The translations under genes were made by a program, and so were the position numbers. 64,000 bases of DNA from Bacteroidia bacterium (lineage in GTDB: Bacteria > Bacteroidota > Bacteroidia > J057 > JADKCL01), in NCBI GenBank assembly GCA_046329055.1, contig JAXLVK010000013.1, forward strand, positions 17,959 to 81,958, written 5' to 3'. The notes beneath the pieces were generated by a model. The model did no database searches. It was not told the DNA's origin and saw nothing but the letters and a program-made list of their open reading frames with translations. Below are positions 55,000 to 63,524 of the stretch, in pieces. Numbering within the stretch: position 1 is the first letter of the stretch; every line of letters begins with the position of its first letter.

Positions 55000-55026
55000 T
55001 GTGGACAAATGTGGATATGTGGACAA
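55000..55026 (+). promoter_or_regulatory. Three closely spaced direct repeats TGTGGA(C/T)A upstream of the beta-barrel gene cluster (possible operator)
   Basis: TGTGGACAAA-TGTGGATA-TGTGGACAAG lies about 265 nt upstream of the 55291 start. There is no independent support for function. Confidence 0.2.
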
Positions 55027-55290
55027 GTGCGGCGACTGCGCCTATTTTATGCACATGTCAAGAACGGGCTTTTTCAGGAGTGAAGCGCGCAATTGGGACG
55101 GGCATTGTGAATTGTGAAATAGCGTTGCGCACAAGGTAACTGCGTGAAAGAAATTGTCCTGTTGTAGCGCCATTGAAGCAGGGTCATTTCCCTCCAAACT
55201 GTGTAACGCTGGGCCGTGGATAAAGGGGCAGTCGCTGTCGAAACCTTGGTTTCCAGCCATATATTGACGGTTGGAAAGGAAAATGAACTC

Positions 55291-55977
55291 ATGAAAGCCA
55301 ATCGTCTCCACCACTTAGCTGCCACTATCGCCCTCTGTCTCCTGATGGTCTCGATGCTGCCCGCACAACAGGAATCGACTGCCAAGCTCTCCAATTGGGA
55401 ATTTGGCTTGGAGACCGTCAGGCTGGATTTCAACAAAGCCCGGGTCCTCAATGCCCGCTACACCGATCGGGTGCAAGCGCTTGCCGGGGTGTATGCCCGC
55501 AAGTTCTTCCGCAGGACAGGGTTTCGGTTTGGGCTACAAATGGGCAGGCATCACCACTCGACCCTAGCGGGCATGGTTGTGAACAGCCTGTATGTGGAAT
55601 CCAATTCTGGATTCACTGCTGGAGTTTATGCGGGAGGGCATGTGCAGATCCTTCCCCGCCGCAGTTGGCTGCTTGGGATAGCCGACCTCTCCTTGCAACA
55701 TTTTCAGGGGTATTCGGAGTTCTTCATGGAAGTAGAGCCCCTCTACAGAAAATACGTCTCTGGGATGGATGAGATCACGCTCCGCCTAGGCCTGAGTGCC
55801 CGGTTGCCGATCGGCAAGCACCTGACGATTGGCACCGAGTGGACGATGGCCAATGGTCTCCGGAATCAATGGCTGGATAGCGTTTATGATATTCCGAATG
55901 AACCGAGCCGCAGTTCGTACATGAGTCTGATCACCTTGGAGCCGATGGGAAACCTCATGGTTGCGATACGGCTGTGA
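55291..55977 (+). CDS. Small outer-membrane beta-barrel-like protein, paralog 1 of 3
   Basis: Signal peptide is MKANRLHHLAATIALCLLMVSMLPAQQ. It has alternating hydrophobic strands and shares family motifs with its two neighbours (WE.GLE.VRLD, AG.Y.R+FF.R.GFR.G.Q, LRLGL..R.P..KHL.IG.E). The C-terminus is hydrophobic (MVAIRL). Confidence 0.7.
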   Translation: MKANRLHHLAATIALCLLMVSMLPAQQESTAKLSNWEFGLETVRLDFNKARVLNARYTDRVQALAGVYARKFFRRTGFRFGLQMGRHHHSTLAGMVVNSLYVESNSGFTAGVYAGGHVQILPRRSWLLGIADLSLQHFQGYSEFFMEVEPLYRKYVSGMDEITLRLGLSARLPIGKHLTIGTEWTMANGLRNQWLDSVYDIPNEPSRSSYMSLITLEPMGNLMVAIRL

Positions 55978-56067
55978 GGACTGTGGCGCCTCTGGGAAAG
56001 GGGCCAAGAAGGTTGTGGTCGCCATGATTCTGGCTATTTGCAGTGTTGGGGATTCTCTGGTATGTTT

Positions 56068-56784
56068 ATGAAGACGAAACACTCAATGCTCCAAACGATG
56101 GTTCAGACGATGATTCGAATGATGGGCTGTGTGGGATTGGCGATGCTGCTTTTCTGCACTAACGCTCTTGCTCAGACGGTTGAAGATGCTGCTGCTTTGC
56201 GTTGGGAAGCCGGGATCGAAGCCATTCGGCTGGACTTGGGCTACAAATGGTGGGGGCAGGCAAGGTACATGAACTTGGTTCAGCCCATGTCCGGGATCTA
56301 TGTCCGCCGGTATTTCGATCGATTGGGGTTCAGGGTGGGAACCCAATTCGCGAAACATTTTGACGCTGGCCCTAGGGGCGTTTGCTACGATTGTGGACAA
56401 GTGGAGACTCATGGTTACAGCTTGGGGATGTACAGCGGGGTCTCCTACCAACTGACGAAACGCGTCGGGTGGTTGCATGCCATCGGCGACCTGTCATGGC
56501 AGATGTACCGCGGAAAGGGTGAGTATCAAAATTATGCTTGGGGCTGGACGCATCAGTTCATCGACTACCGCACACAGGAAGTCATGCTGCGCATAGGGCT
56601 GAACCTGCGCGTTCCCGTTACCAAACACCTGTTCATCGGGTCGGAGATGCTCCTGTGCAATGGTGTACGTGCCGTGCGGGACCAGCGGGAAGACCTCGTG
56701 GAGGGCGGAACCTCGATCCATCGATTTGTCTTTGCACCCATATTTGAACCCCTGACGAATCTGATGCTCGGGGTAAAGCTTTGA
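56068..56784 (+). CDS. Small outer-membrane beta-barrel-like protein, paralog 2 of 3
   Basis: MKTKHSMLQTMVQTMIRMMGCVGLAMLLFCTNALAQ, then WEAGIEAIRLDLG, SGIYVRRYFDRLGFRVGTQF, CYDCGQVETHGYSLGMYSG, LRIGLNLRVPVTKHLFIGSE, ending LMLGVKL. Confidence 0.7.
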   Translation: MKTKHSMLQTMVQTMIRMMGCVGLAMLLFCTNALAQTVEDAAALRWEAGIEAIRLDLGYKWWGQARYMNLVQPMSGIYVRRYFDRLGFRVGTQFAKHFDAGPRGVCYDCGQVETHGYSLGMYSGVSYQLTKRVGWLHAIGDLSWQMYRGKGEYQNYAWGWTHQFIDYRTQEVMLRIGLNLRVPVTKHLFIGSEMLLCNGVRAVRDQREDLVEGGTSIHRFVFAPIFEPLTNLMLGVKL

Positions 56785-56802
56785 ATCCAAAACGGACATT
56801 CC

Positions 56803-57492
56803 ATGACACCTACATCCCTTCGCCTCACGACCTGCCTTCTGCTCCTGGGGCTGCTTGGCTGCTTCGCCTCCGCGCAGGCGCAAATCAATTTCGACACAGA
56901 GCACAGGGCTTGGGAAGTCGGCCTGGAACCCGTGCGGCTGTATTCCAGCTTCTGGATCTCTGGCCACATGCCCTACGTGGACCGAACAGATCCCCTCGCC
57001 GGGTTCTATGTTCGCCGCTACTTTGACAGGGTCGGCCTCCGCTTCGGGACACAGTTTGGGAAGTTCGACCTTGATTCCACGCGGTTGGATTGCTTTGATT
57101 GCGGGACGTATGAAGCACATGGCTACAATTTTGGGCTCTACACCGGAGCTTCATACCGGCTCCTGAAACGGTTCGACTGGCTTCACTTGGTCTCCGATTT
57201 TTCTTGGCAAATGTATCGTGGGCAGACGGAGCAGTACAACAACGCCTGGGGCCGGCACCATTTCCTCAATGACTACGCGATCCATGAGGTGATGCTCCGG
57301 ACTGGAATGAATTTGCGGGTTCCGGTGTTGAAGCACCTGTTTTTTGGTACGGAATTGACATCCTCACAAGGGCTGCGAATCGGGAAGGATCATTGGAACG
57401 ATACGGTCACTGGGAAGTCCGAATCCTCCAGCTGGGCCGGGCTGTATGCATTCGAATTCATCGGGAGCTTGATGGCTGGGGTAAAATGGTAG
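56803..57492 (+). CDS. Small outer-membrane beta-barrel-like protein, paralog 3 of 3
   Basis: MTPTSLRLTTCLLLLGLLGCFASAQAQ, then WEVGLEPVRLY, AGFYVRRYFDRVGLRFGTQF, CFDCGTYEAHGYNFGLYTG, LRTGMNLRVPVLKHLFFGTE, ending LMAGVKW (aromatic C-terminus). Confidence 0.7.
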   Translation: MTPTSLRLTTCLLLLGLLGCFASAQAQINFDTEHRAWEVGLEPVRLYSSFWISGHMPYVDRTDPLAGFYVRRYFDRVGLRFGTQFGKFDLDSTRLDCFDCGTYEAHGYNFGLYTGASYRLLKRFDWLHLVSDFSWQMYRGQTEQYNNAWGRHHFLNDYAIHEVMLRTGMNLRVPVLKHLFFGTELTSSQGLRIGKDHWNDTVTGKSESSSWAGLYAFEFIGSLMAGVKW

Positions 57493-57554
57493 GCTCCGGA
57501 ATGGGTGGGAAATTCACCCGGAAGTCCTAGATTCATCTCCGAATCCATTGCCTG

Positions 57555-58016
57555 ATGACGCGATTTGCATTTTCCTTTTCCATGATGTGCCTGGTGCTGC
57601 TTTCGGGCTGCGCTGGCCAGCCGACTGCTGAATCGGAGGCCAAAAATCCGCCCCCAGCCAATGACCCGACCCAAGGCGAATTCGCGGATGCCCGACTCTC
57701 CGGGCAATGGTGCTATGATTACCAGGATTCGGCTTTGCACTTGACGGCGGTGCTGGATGTGGATGGGAAACACCATGTGCAGGGCAATTTTTATGCGGAC
57801 ATTCATGATACCGTGCAGCGGTATTGGAGCTATTACACGGGTGAATTTGAGGGGGATGCGAAGGGGCCGGACCTGTCGGTGACGTCCCGGACGGAATTGG
57901 AGGGGGTGGTCACGGAGCGGAAGGAGGTTTGGAATTGGCCGCTGGATGGGCAGACGTTGCGCGGGCATGAGGGGCGGCTGATGCGGTGGGTGGATTGTGA
58001 GGTGGGGGCGGAATGA
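57555..58016 (+). CDS. Lipoprotein, unknown function
   Basis: Lipobox MMCLVLLSGCAGQ at the N-terminus. 153 aa with no recognisable domain. Confidence 0.65.
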   Translation: MTRFAFSFSMMCLVLLSGCAGQPTAESEAKNPPPANDPTQGEFADARLSGQWCYDYQDSALHLTAVLDVDGKHHVQGNFYADIHDTVQRYWSYYTGEFEGDAKGPDLSVTSRTELEGVVTERKEVWNWPLDGQTLRGHEGRLMRWVDCEVGAE

Positions 58017-58112
58017 TTTTCGTTGATGTTAATGGGTTTGCCACAAAGGCACGAAGGCACTAAGCTGGGTAGGTTTGGATTCCACTCTGGCAGATGGCAA
58101 CCGCCTTCCTTT

Positions 58113-61100
58113 CTACCTTGAGAGGGTGATCCTTGCGACTTGTTGGCCGATTTGGAGGTGGTAGATGCCGGTGGGGAGGTGGCTCAGGTCCAGGCGCTGC
58201 GGGGTGGTTTCTGCTGGGAGTTGGTGGAGGATGATTTGTCCCAGTACGTCGATGAGCCGCAATTCTTGGCCGATTTGGGATTCTGGAATCTCCACCCAAC
58301 ACATGCCTGTGGTGGGATTGGGATGGACTTGCAAATGCTGGATCGCTGCGCCGCTGGATAGCCCGACGCTGGTGACTTGGACGCAGTCGCTGGTGTCGCT
58401 GCAGATGCCATCGCTGACGATGACGGCGTAGAATCCATTGCCGGGGGCGACGATGGCCTGCCCGGACGCGCCGGGGATGGGGACCGGGACTGGGTCGCAG
58501 CGGAGCCATTGATAGGTGCCACCGGATTGGTTGGCGGTGAGCAAGGCACCGATTTGCGTGATGGTGCGGTCGAGGCTGTCGATGGTGAGATAGACGTTGA
58601 GGATGCTGTCGCAGCCCTGCGTGTTCACGAGGCTTTGGGAAAACACGCCGCTGGCGTAGTAGGTATAGCCATTGAGGCTGAGGCTGTCGCAGGCGGTCAT
58701 GATCTGGAAGCCGCTGGTGCTGGGGAAGATGCTGAGCGTGAGGGTCAATGCCGAGTCACAACCCGCCGCATTGGTCAGATGCTGGGTGTAGGTGCCGCTG
58801 CTGAAGTAGGTCTGACCGTTCAGTTCATAGCTCTGGCAGGTGGAAATGCTGAGGGCGCTCGCCGTCGTGGGCAGCCGGGTCAGGTGCAGGGTCAGCGTAG
58901 AATCACAACCGGCGGCATTGGTCAGCAGCTGGGTATAGGTTCCCGTCGTGGCATACACCTGCCCATTCAAGGCAAATGTATCGCAGGTGCTGGCAAAGGT
59001 GTCGGCGGTGGTCGCGCGGAGGTGCAGGTGCAGGGTCAGCAGCGAGTCGCAACCACTCAATCCTTGGAGATTTTGAAGGTAAGTGCCACTGGCCGAGTAG
59101 GTAATCCCATTGAGGGTATAGTTGTTGCAGGCGGTGTCCGTGAGGGTTGCGTAGGTGGTGTCGTCAATGGTCAGCTGCAAAGTCAGGACAGAATCGCAGC
59201 CTTGGGTATTGACCAGGGTCTGGAGGTAGGTGCCTGAGCTGGCGTAGGTGGTATTGTTGAGGGAAAATGGGCCGCATTGGTTCACGACGAGGGTGGTCGC
59301 GGAGGAATGGTGCAGGGTGAGTTGCAGGACCTCGACCGTGTCACAGCTGCCATTGGGGCCGGGCAAGGCGAAGTAGAATATGCCGGAGCCTGTATAGGTC
59401 TGGTTGCGGTGGGTGTATTGGCCGCAGGCGATCACGGGGGACAGGTAGCGGTAGTAGGGGTTGCCCGTGAGGTGGTAGTAGAGGATTGAATCGCATTGAT
59501 GGACATTTTGCATGACCTGCGTGTAGAGGCCGGGATGCGTGTAAATCTGTGCATTGATGGTGTCCGGGAAGCAAAATGCGCGGTAGATATGCGTCTCGTC
59601 GTGGAATTGCATCAGGTGCAGGATGACCAAGCTGTCGCATCCCCCTGCAAGCGGCCGCCGGAAAAAATATGTCCCCGTTTCAGTCAATGCCTGCCCATAA
59701 GCGGTGTAGCTGGTGCAAGTGGTATCGAACAATATCCGCGTCGCTGGCGTGCATGGGGACCAATGCGCGAAGAAAAGGCGACCTGCTGTGGGCATGAGGC
59801 TATGCACCCCGGAACCGGGATCAAAGTCCGTCAGCGCATCAAAATTCCCACCGACCCACACCGCGCCATCCGGGGCGAGGCCCAGCGCGTGGGGATTCTC
59901 ATTGCCAGCACCTGCAATCGCACCTGCCCATGCAAAAGCCCCATTTGCCTCCAATTTCAAGCAATAGGCGTCCGCATTCCCAGCCGATGTTGCGAAGAAA
60001 TAGGCGCTGTCGCCCGGATTCAAGTCGGCTGTCCCCCAAAATGTCGCCACCACATGCGCCGCGCCTGCATTGTCCACGCTCAAGACCGGCCCCTCCCCTA
60101 TCCTGCTTTGTTCGACCGCCTTGGCCCAAAGCAAGTTCCCAGCCCCATCGAGCCGCGACAGGAAGGTCCCGTAGGTGCTGCCTGCCCCCAGCAACCTGAT
60201 TCCCAATGCCGAAGGGTCAAAATCCACGCTATCCTGAAAATCCCCCGCCAAATAAACCGAGCCTGCCGGACCGAAACGGGCATTTTCCACCCGGTCATCG
60301 TAAATGCTCCCAAATGCATGCCCCCAAGACCAAGCCCCGCCTGCATCCATTTTCACCACAAAGCCGTCCCAAAGTCCCGCACTCGCGCGCAATACGGCTC
60401 CCGCGCCCGGATCCAGGTCGATTTGTCCGGAAAATTGCCCGCAGACCACCACTTCGCCCGTCGCGCCCACATCGATGCCCCTGCCCACCGCATTCCCAGT
60501 GCCCGTGACCATGCCCGCCCCAACGAACCCACCTGCCGCATTCAGCCGCCAAATCATCGCCCCCTGCGCACCCACAGGCGCAATCATGCTCACGCCAGCA
60601 CCCGGGTCCGCGTCCGCGTTCCCTTGCAAGACACCCGTCGCCCAGACATTGCCAGAGGCGTCCACATCCATCGCATACACCCAATCCAATCCCCCCGAGC
60701 CGATCGTCGCCACCCAGAGCAAGTTCCCGAGGCTGTCCATTTTCAGCACATACCCGTCCCAATCGCCCACCGGAATGCGGTTCACCACACCCGGCCCCGG
60801 ATCAAAGTCCGTCGTTCCCTGAAATGCCCCACAGATGTAAATGTTGCCCGCCGCGTCGCGGGTGATGCCATTCGTCCCCGCCTTGCCCGAGCCGCCGAAT
60901 GCCTTGGCCCAGATCAGGTTGCCAGCCCCGTCGAGTTTCTGGACCAGGGCCGAGCCTTGGGTGGCCGCATTGAAATTGAGGACCGCCGGGCCAGGGTCGG
61001 CGTCGATGCTGCCCTGGTAGAAGCTCACGGCATAGCCAGCGGTGCCGGACCCGACGTGGATCGCGTTCACATTGCAATTGGAATCCGGCCCTGCGACATT

Positions 61101-61256
61101 GACCCAGTCATAGCGCGGGAGGAGTTGGGCGGATGCGGTTGAAAAGGACAGGGCGAGGTGAGGAAAATGGATGCAAAAAATTGCCTGATACAGGGTCCTA
61201 CGACGACGGAGCGACCGTGCAGAGGCGATATGGCAGCATCGAGGCATCGATGACAA
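58113..61256 (-). CDS. SBBP-type beta-propeller repeat protein with Cys-rich repeat modules and T9SS type A C-terminal domain
   Basis: N-terminal repeats of GNLIWAKAFGGSG...ITRDAAGNIYICGAFQGTTDFDPGPG type occur many times. In the middle, a roughly 48-aa module is repeated about 8 times (...GCDSxLTLxLT...). The C-terminus is LQVHPNPTTGMCWVEI...LPTGIYHLQIG. The exact start is uncertain. Confidence 0.8.
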   Translation of the reverse strand: MSSMPRCCHIASARSLRRRRTLYQAIFCIHFPHLALSFSTASAQLLPRYDWVNVAGPDSNCNVNAIHVGSGTAGYAVSFYQGSIDADPGPAVLNFNAATQGSALVQKLDGAGNLIWAKAFGGSGKAGTNGITRDAAGNIYICGAFQGTTDFDPGPGVVNRIPVGDWDGYVLKMDSLGNLLWVATIGSGGLDWVYAMDVDASGNVWATGVLQGNADADPGAGVSMIAPVGAQGAMIWRLNAAGGFVGAGMVTGTGNAVGRGIDVGATGEVVVCGQFSGQIDLDPGAGAVLRASAGLWDGFVVKMDAGGAWSWGHAFGSIYDDRVENARFGPAGSVYLAGDFQDSVDFDPSALGIRLLGAGSTYGTFLSRLDGAGNLLWAKAVEQSRIGEGPVLSVDNAGAAHVVATFWGTADLNPGDSAYFFATSAGNADAYCLKLEANGAFAWAGAIAGAGNENPHALGLAPDGAVWVGGNFDALTDFDPGSGVHSLMPTAGRLFFAHWSPCTPATRILFDTTCTSYTAYGQALTETGTYFFRRPLAGGCDSLVILHLMQFHDETHIYRAFCFPDTINAQIYTHPGLYTQVMQNVHQCDSILYYHLTGNPYYRYLSPVIACGQYTHRNQTYTGSGIFYFALPGPNGSCDTVEVLQLTLHHSSATTLVVNQCGPFSLNNTTYASSGTYLQTLVNTQGCDSVLTLQLTIDDTTYATLTDTACNNYTLNGITYSASGTYLQNLQGLSGCDSLLTLHLHLRATTADTFASTCDTFALNGQVYATTGTYTQLLTNAAGCDSTLTLHLTRLPTTASALSISTCQSYELNGQTYFSSGTYTQHLTNAAGCDSALTLTLSIFPSTSGFQIMTACDSLSLNGYTYYASGVFSQSLVNTQGCDSILNVYLTIDSLDRTITQIGALLTANQSGGTYQWLRCDPVPVPIPGASGQAIVAPGNGFYAVIVSDGICSDTSDCVQVTSVGLSSGAAIQHLQVHPNPTTGMCWVEIPESQIGQELRLIDVLGQIILHQLPAETTPQRLDLSHLPTGIYHLQIGQQVARITLSR

Positions 61257-61568
61257 GATAGGGAAAATGAAGGGTTTATTTCTTGCGGGGAATGAACGCT
61301 GGATGCGGGTTCAGGATACTGATTGGGTTGGATGATCCTGGTGTAGAGGTTTAGGCCTTGCGCGAGCGCGGGAAGCGCTCGCAAGGCTAGAGGCGGAATC
61401 TTGATTGGATTTCTCGCCAGATGTTTTGGGGTGTGTAGGTTTGCCAGAATGCGTCTTCGGTTGTGCGGATTGTTCTTGGGCACTTTTGGCGATCTCAGCA
61501 GCTAGACTTTCGTATCCGCTCCGCCCCATTTCAGGATGTCGGTCTTCTCGGTGACTTCCGGCAAGCCA

Positions 61569-63515
61569 TCATCGGTGATAACTTCCAAACGGCAATTGCG
61601 CGGGGCCATTCTCCGGGTCACCCAGGATGTAGAATTCAGGGTTGCTTTCGTAGGCTTTGATGAGGCCATTCTCCCCGCAATAGTAGCGCATGGGCAATCG
61701 TCGAGGCTTCACTCCCATCACACAAGCGAGGCGCAGGTCGGGGGTTTGGTTCACCGGGCTTGCATGCAAGAGCCTGTGGTCGTAGAGCAATGCGGTGCCT
61801 GCCTTCATATCCAGTGGCTGCATGAGGCTCCAAATGGTGGCGTCGTGCTTGGCGTAGGGATTGGGAATGCCGGGGCCACGGAAATCGTCCATCCACGCAT
61901 GGCTGCCGGGGATGATGTGGACCGCACCATTTGCGATGGAGGTGTCCACGAGGGGGATCCACAGGTTGTAACTCCGGCCAAATCGTTCGTCCACGATGTT
62001 CCAATCGGCGTGTGGGGGCAATATTCCGCCGCTGCCGGAGGGCTTGGCGATGAAGCTGCCGCCGAGGACTTCGCCGTCTTGGAGGAGGCTGTCCATCAAT
62101 GGCTTGACAACGCGCTGGAGCTCGGCGTCCATCTTTTGGCGGTAGCTGTGGTCGCGGTGGTGGACACTGGCGTGGAAGCGGTTGATTTCACCGGGTTGAT
62201 TGGCGCGGAAGAATGCCTTGAGGGCGGCGACGGTGTCTTCGTTCAGGAGGGGGAAGAGGATGTAGCCTTGTTTTTCTAGGGCTTGGTCCCAGGTTTCGTT
62301 GGTTGTGAGGGCGTAGTTCCCGTCGAGCGTGCTGTCATGTCGAGCGGAGTCCGAAGGACGGAGTCGAGACATCTTGCGGGCTTTGGCGGAATCTCCGTGA
62401 GGGGGGTCTTGCTTGTTGGGGGTGTTACTGTTTACGCTAGATGTCTTCTTCTCTCCTTCGGGGCTCGACATGACATGTGGGGAGGCTGTCTCGTTGGAGG
62501 TGTTACTGAACACGCTAGATGTCTTCTCCTCTCCTTCGGGACTCGACATGAAATGTGGGGAGGCTGTCTCGTTGGAGGTGTTACTGGACACGCTAGATGT
62601 CTCGGCTACGCTCGACATGACAATGGGGAGGAGACCGATTGCGATGGGTAGGACAGTTTTTTCGGAGAGGTCCCGCAATATGGGGCGGTTGACGGGGGTG
62701 CCTTGGGTCAATTGTCTTGCTTCGGCTGCTGTGAGGCGGCTTTGGTCTTGGGTGTAGAAGCCTAGGCTTTGGCCGATTTCGGGGCGTTGGCGGATATTGT
62801 GGTAGTGCAGGAAGAAGTCGTCGGGGACGGCGATTTGCTCTAGGCGGTTGGGCGGGTCGCTGGGGTGATGGTACCAAAAGCGCAGGGGCGCTTCCTGATG
62901 GGTAAGGCCATAGGTCACCGCGATGCGGGGCCGACCGCTTGTGTTCAGGAGGGAGCAGTGCATGATGCTGTGGTCAAAAATCACTGCTTCTCCTGCTTTT
63001 AGCGGCAGGGTGACCAATCCCTCCCGCAAGATGGGGTCGATGTCTGTGATCGCAGGCGGGAAATTGGGGCCGCGCAGGATATTGGTCCAGCGATGGCTTC
63101 CGGGCAGCATTTGGATCGCGCCGTTTTCGATGCCACAATCCTCCAATGGGATCCATATCGTGACGGTGCGGTGGTGGGCCTCCTCGGTGACCGTCCAATC
63201 CTGGTGCAGGGGCATGAAGCCGGGTTGGCCGCTGTCTTTTTGGAGGAAGCTGGTGCCGAGGAGTTTGTAGTTGGCGAAGAGTGCATTCACCCGCTCTTCG
63301 TACAATGGCTGCACCTGCGCAAACATTGCCTCCTTCAACTCCAAGTCGGGGGAAAATGTGGTGCTGGCAAATCCGCTCAGGGCGACTTTGGTGCGCACTT
63401 CCGTGAACAATTGGCGGAGTTCGCGCAGGGCATCCTCCCCCAAGAACGGCAGCGTAATGTAGCCGTCCCGCCAAAATCTGGCGGCGAGTTCAGGGTCGCG
63501 GAGGATGGTGGTCAT
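61569..63515 (-). CDS. Tandem-domain PhyH family dioxygenase with a repeat-derived interdomain linker
   Basis: Domain 1: FWRDGYITLPFL, PLHQDWTVTEE, TIWIPLEDCGIENGAIQMLPGSHRW, IMHCSLLN. Domain 2: LEKQGYILFPLL, PPHADWNIVDE, NLWIPLVDTSIANGAVHIIPGSHAW, LLHASPVN. The linker contains SSVxSNTSNETASPHxMSSPEGExKT repeats. Confidence 0.8.
   Translation of the reverse strand: MTTILRDPELAARFWRDGYITLPFLGEDALRELRQLFTEVRTKVALSGFASTTFSPDLELKEAMFAQVQPLYEERVNALFANYKLLGTSFLQKDSGQPGFMPLHQDWTVTEEAHHRTVTIWIPLEDCGIENGAIQMLPGSHRWTNILRGPNFPPAITDIDPILREGLVTLPLKAGEAVIFDHSIMHCSLLNTSGRPRIAVTYGLTHQEAPLRFWYHHPSDPPNRLEQIAVPDDFFLHYHNIRQRPEIGQSLGFYTQDQSRLTAAEARQLTQGTPVNRPILRDLSEKTVLPIAIGLLPIVMSSVAETSSVSSNTSNETASPHFMSSPEGEEKTSSVFSNTSNETASPHVMSSPEGEKKTSSVNSNTPNKQDPPHGDSAKARKMSRLRPSDSARHDSTLDGNYALTTNETWDQALEKQGYILFPLLNEDTVAALKAFFRANQPGEINRFHASVHHRDHSYRQKMDAELQRVVKPLMDSLLQDGEVLGGSFIAKPSGSGGILPPHADWNIVDERFGRSYNLWIPLVDTSIANGAVHIIPGSHAWMDDFRGPGIPNPYAKHDATIWSLMQPLDMKAGTALLYDHRLLHASPVNQTPDLRLACVMGVKPRRLPMRYYCGENGLIKAYESNPEFYILGDPENGPAQLPFGSYHR
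62422..62630. repeat. In-frame 78-bp tandem repeat (about 2.7 copies) inside the 61569..63515 gene
   Basis: Copies of GTGTTACTG(n5)GCTAGATGTCTTC..CTCTCCTTCGGG.CTCGACATGA.ATGTGGGGAGGCTGTCTCGTTGGAG start at about 62422, 62500 and 62578. 78 nt equals 26 codons. A related sequence (CATGTCGAGCGGAGTCCGAAGGACGGAGTCGAGACATC) sits just upstream at about 62337-62375. Confidence 0.75.
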
Positions 63516-63524
63516 GGGTGCTCA

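Noticed and set aside
59496-61142. Plus-strand ORF 59496..61142 (548 aa) and ORF 58377..59237
   Set aside because: They lie antisense to the SBBP-repeat T9SS cargo gene. Their composition is Arg/Pro/His-rich with no motifs.
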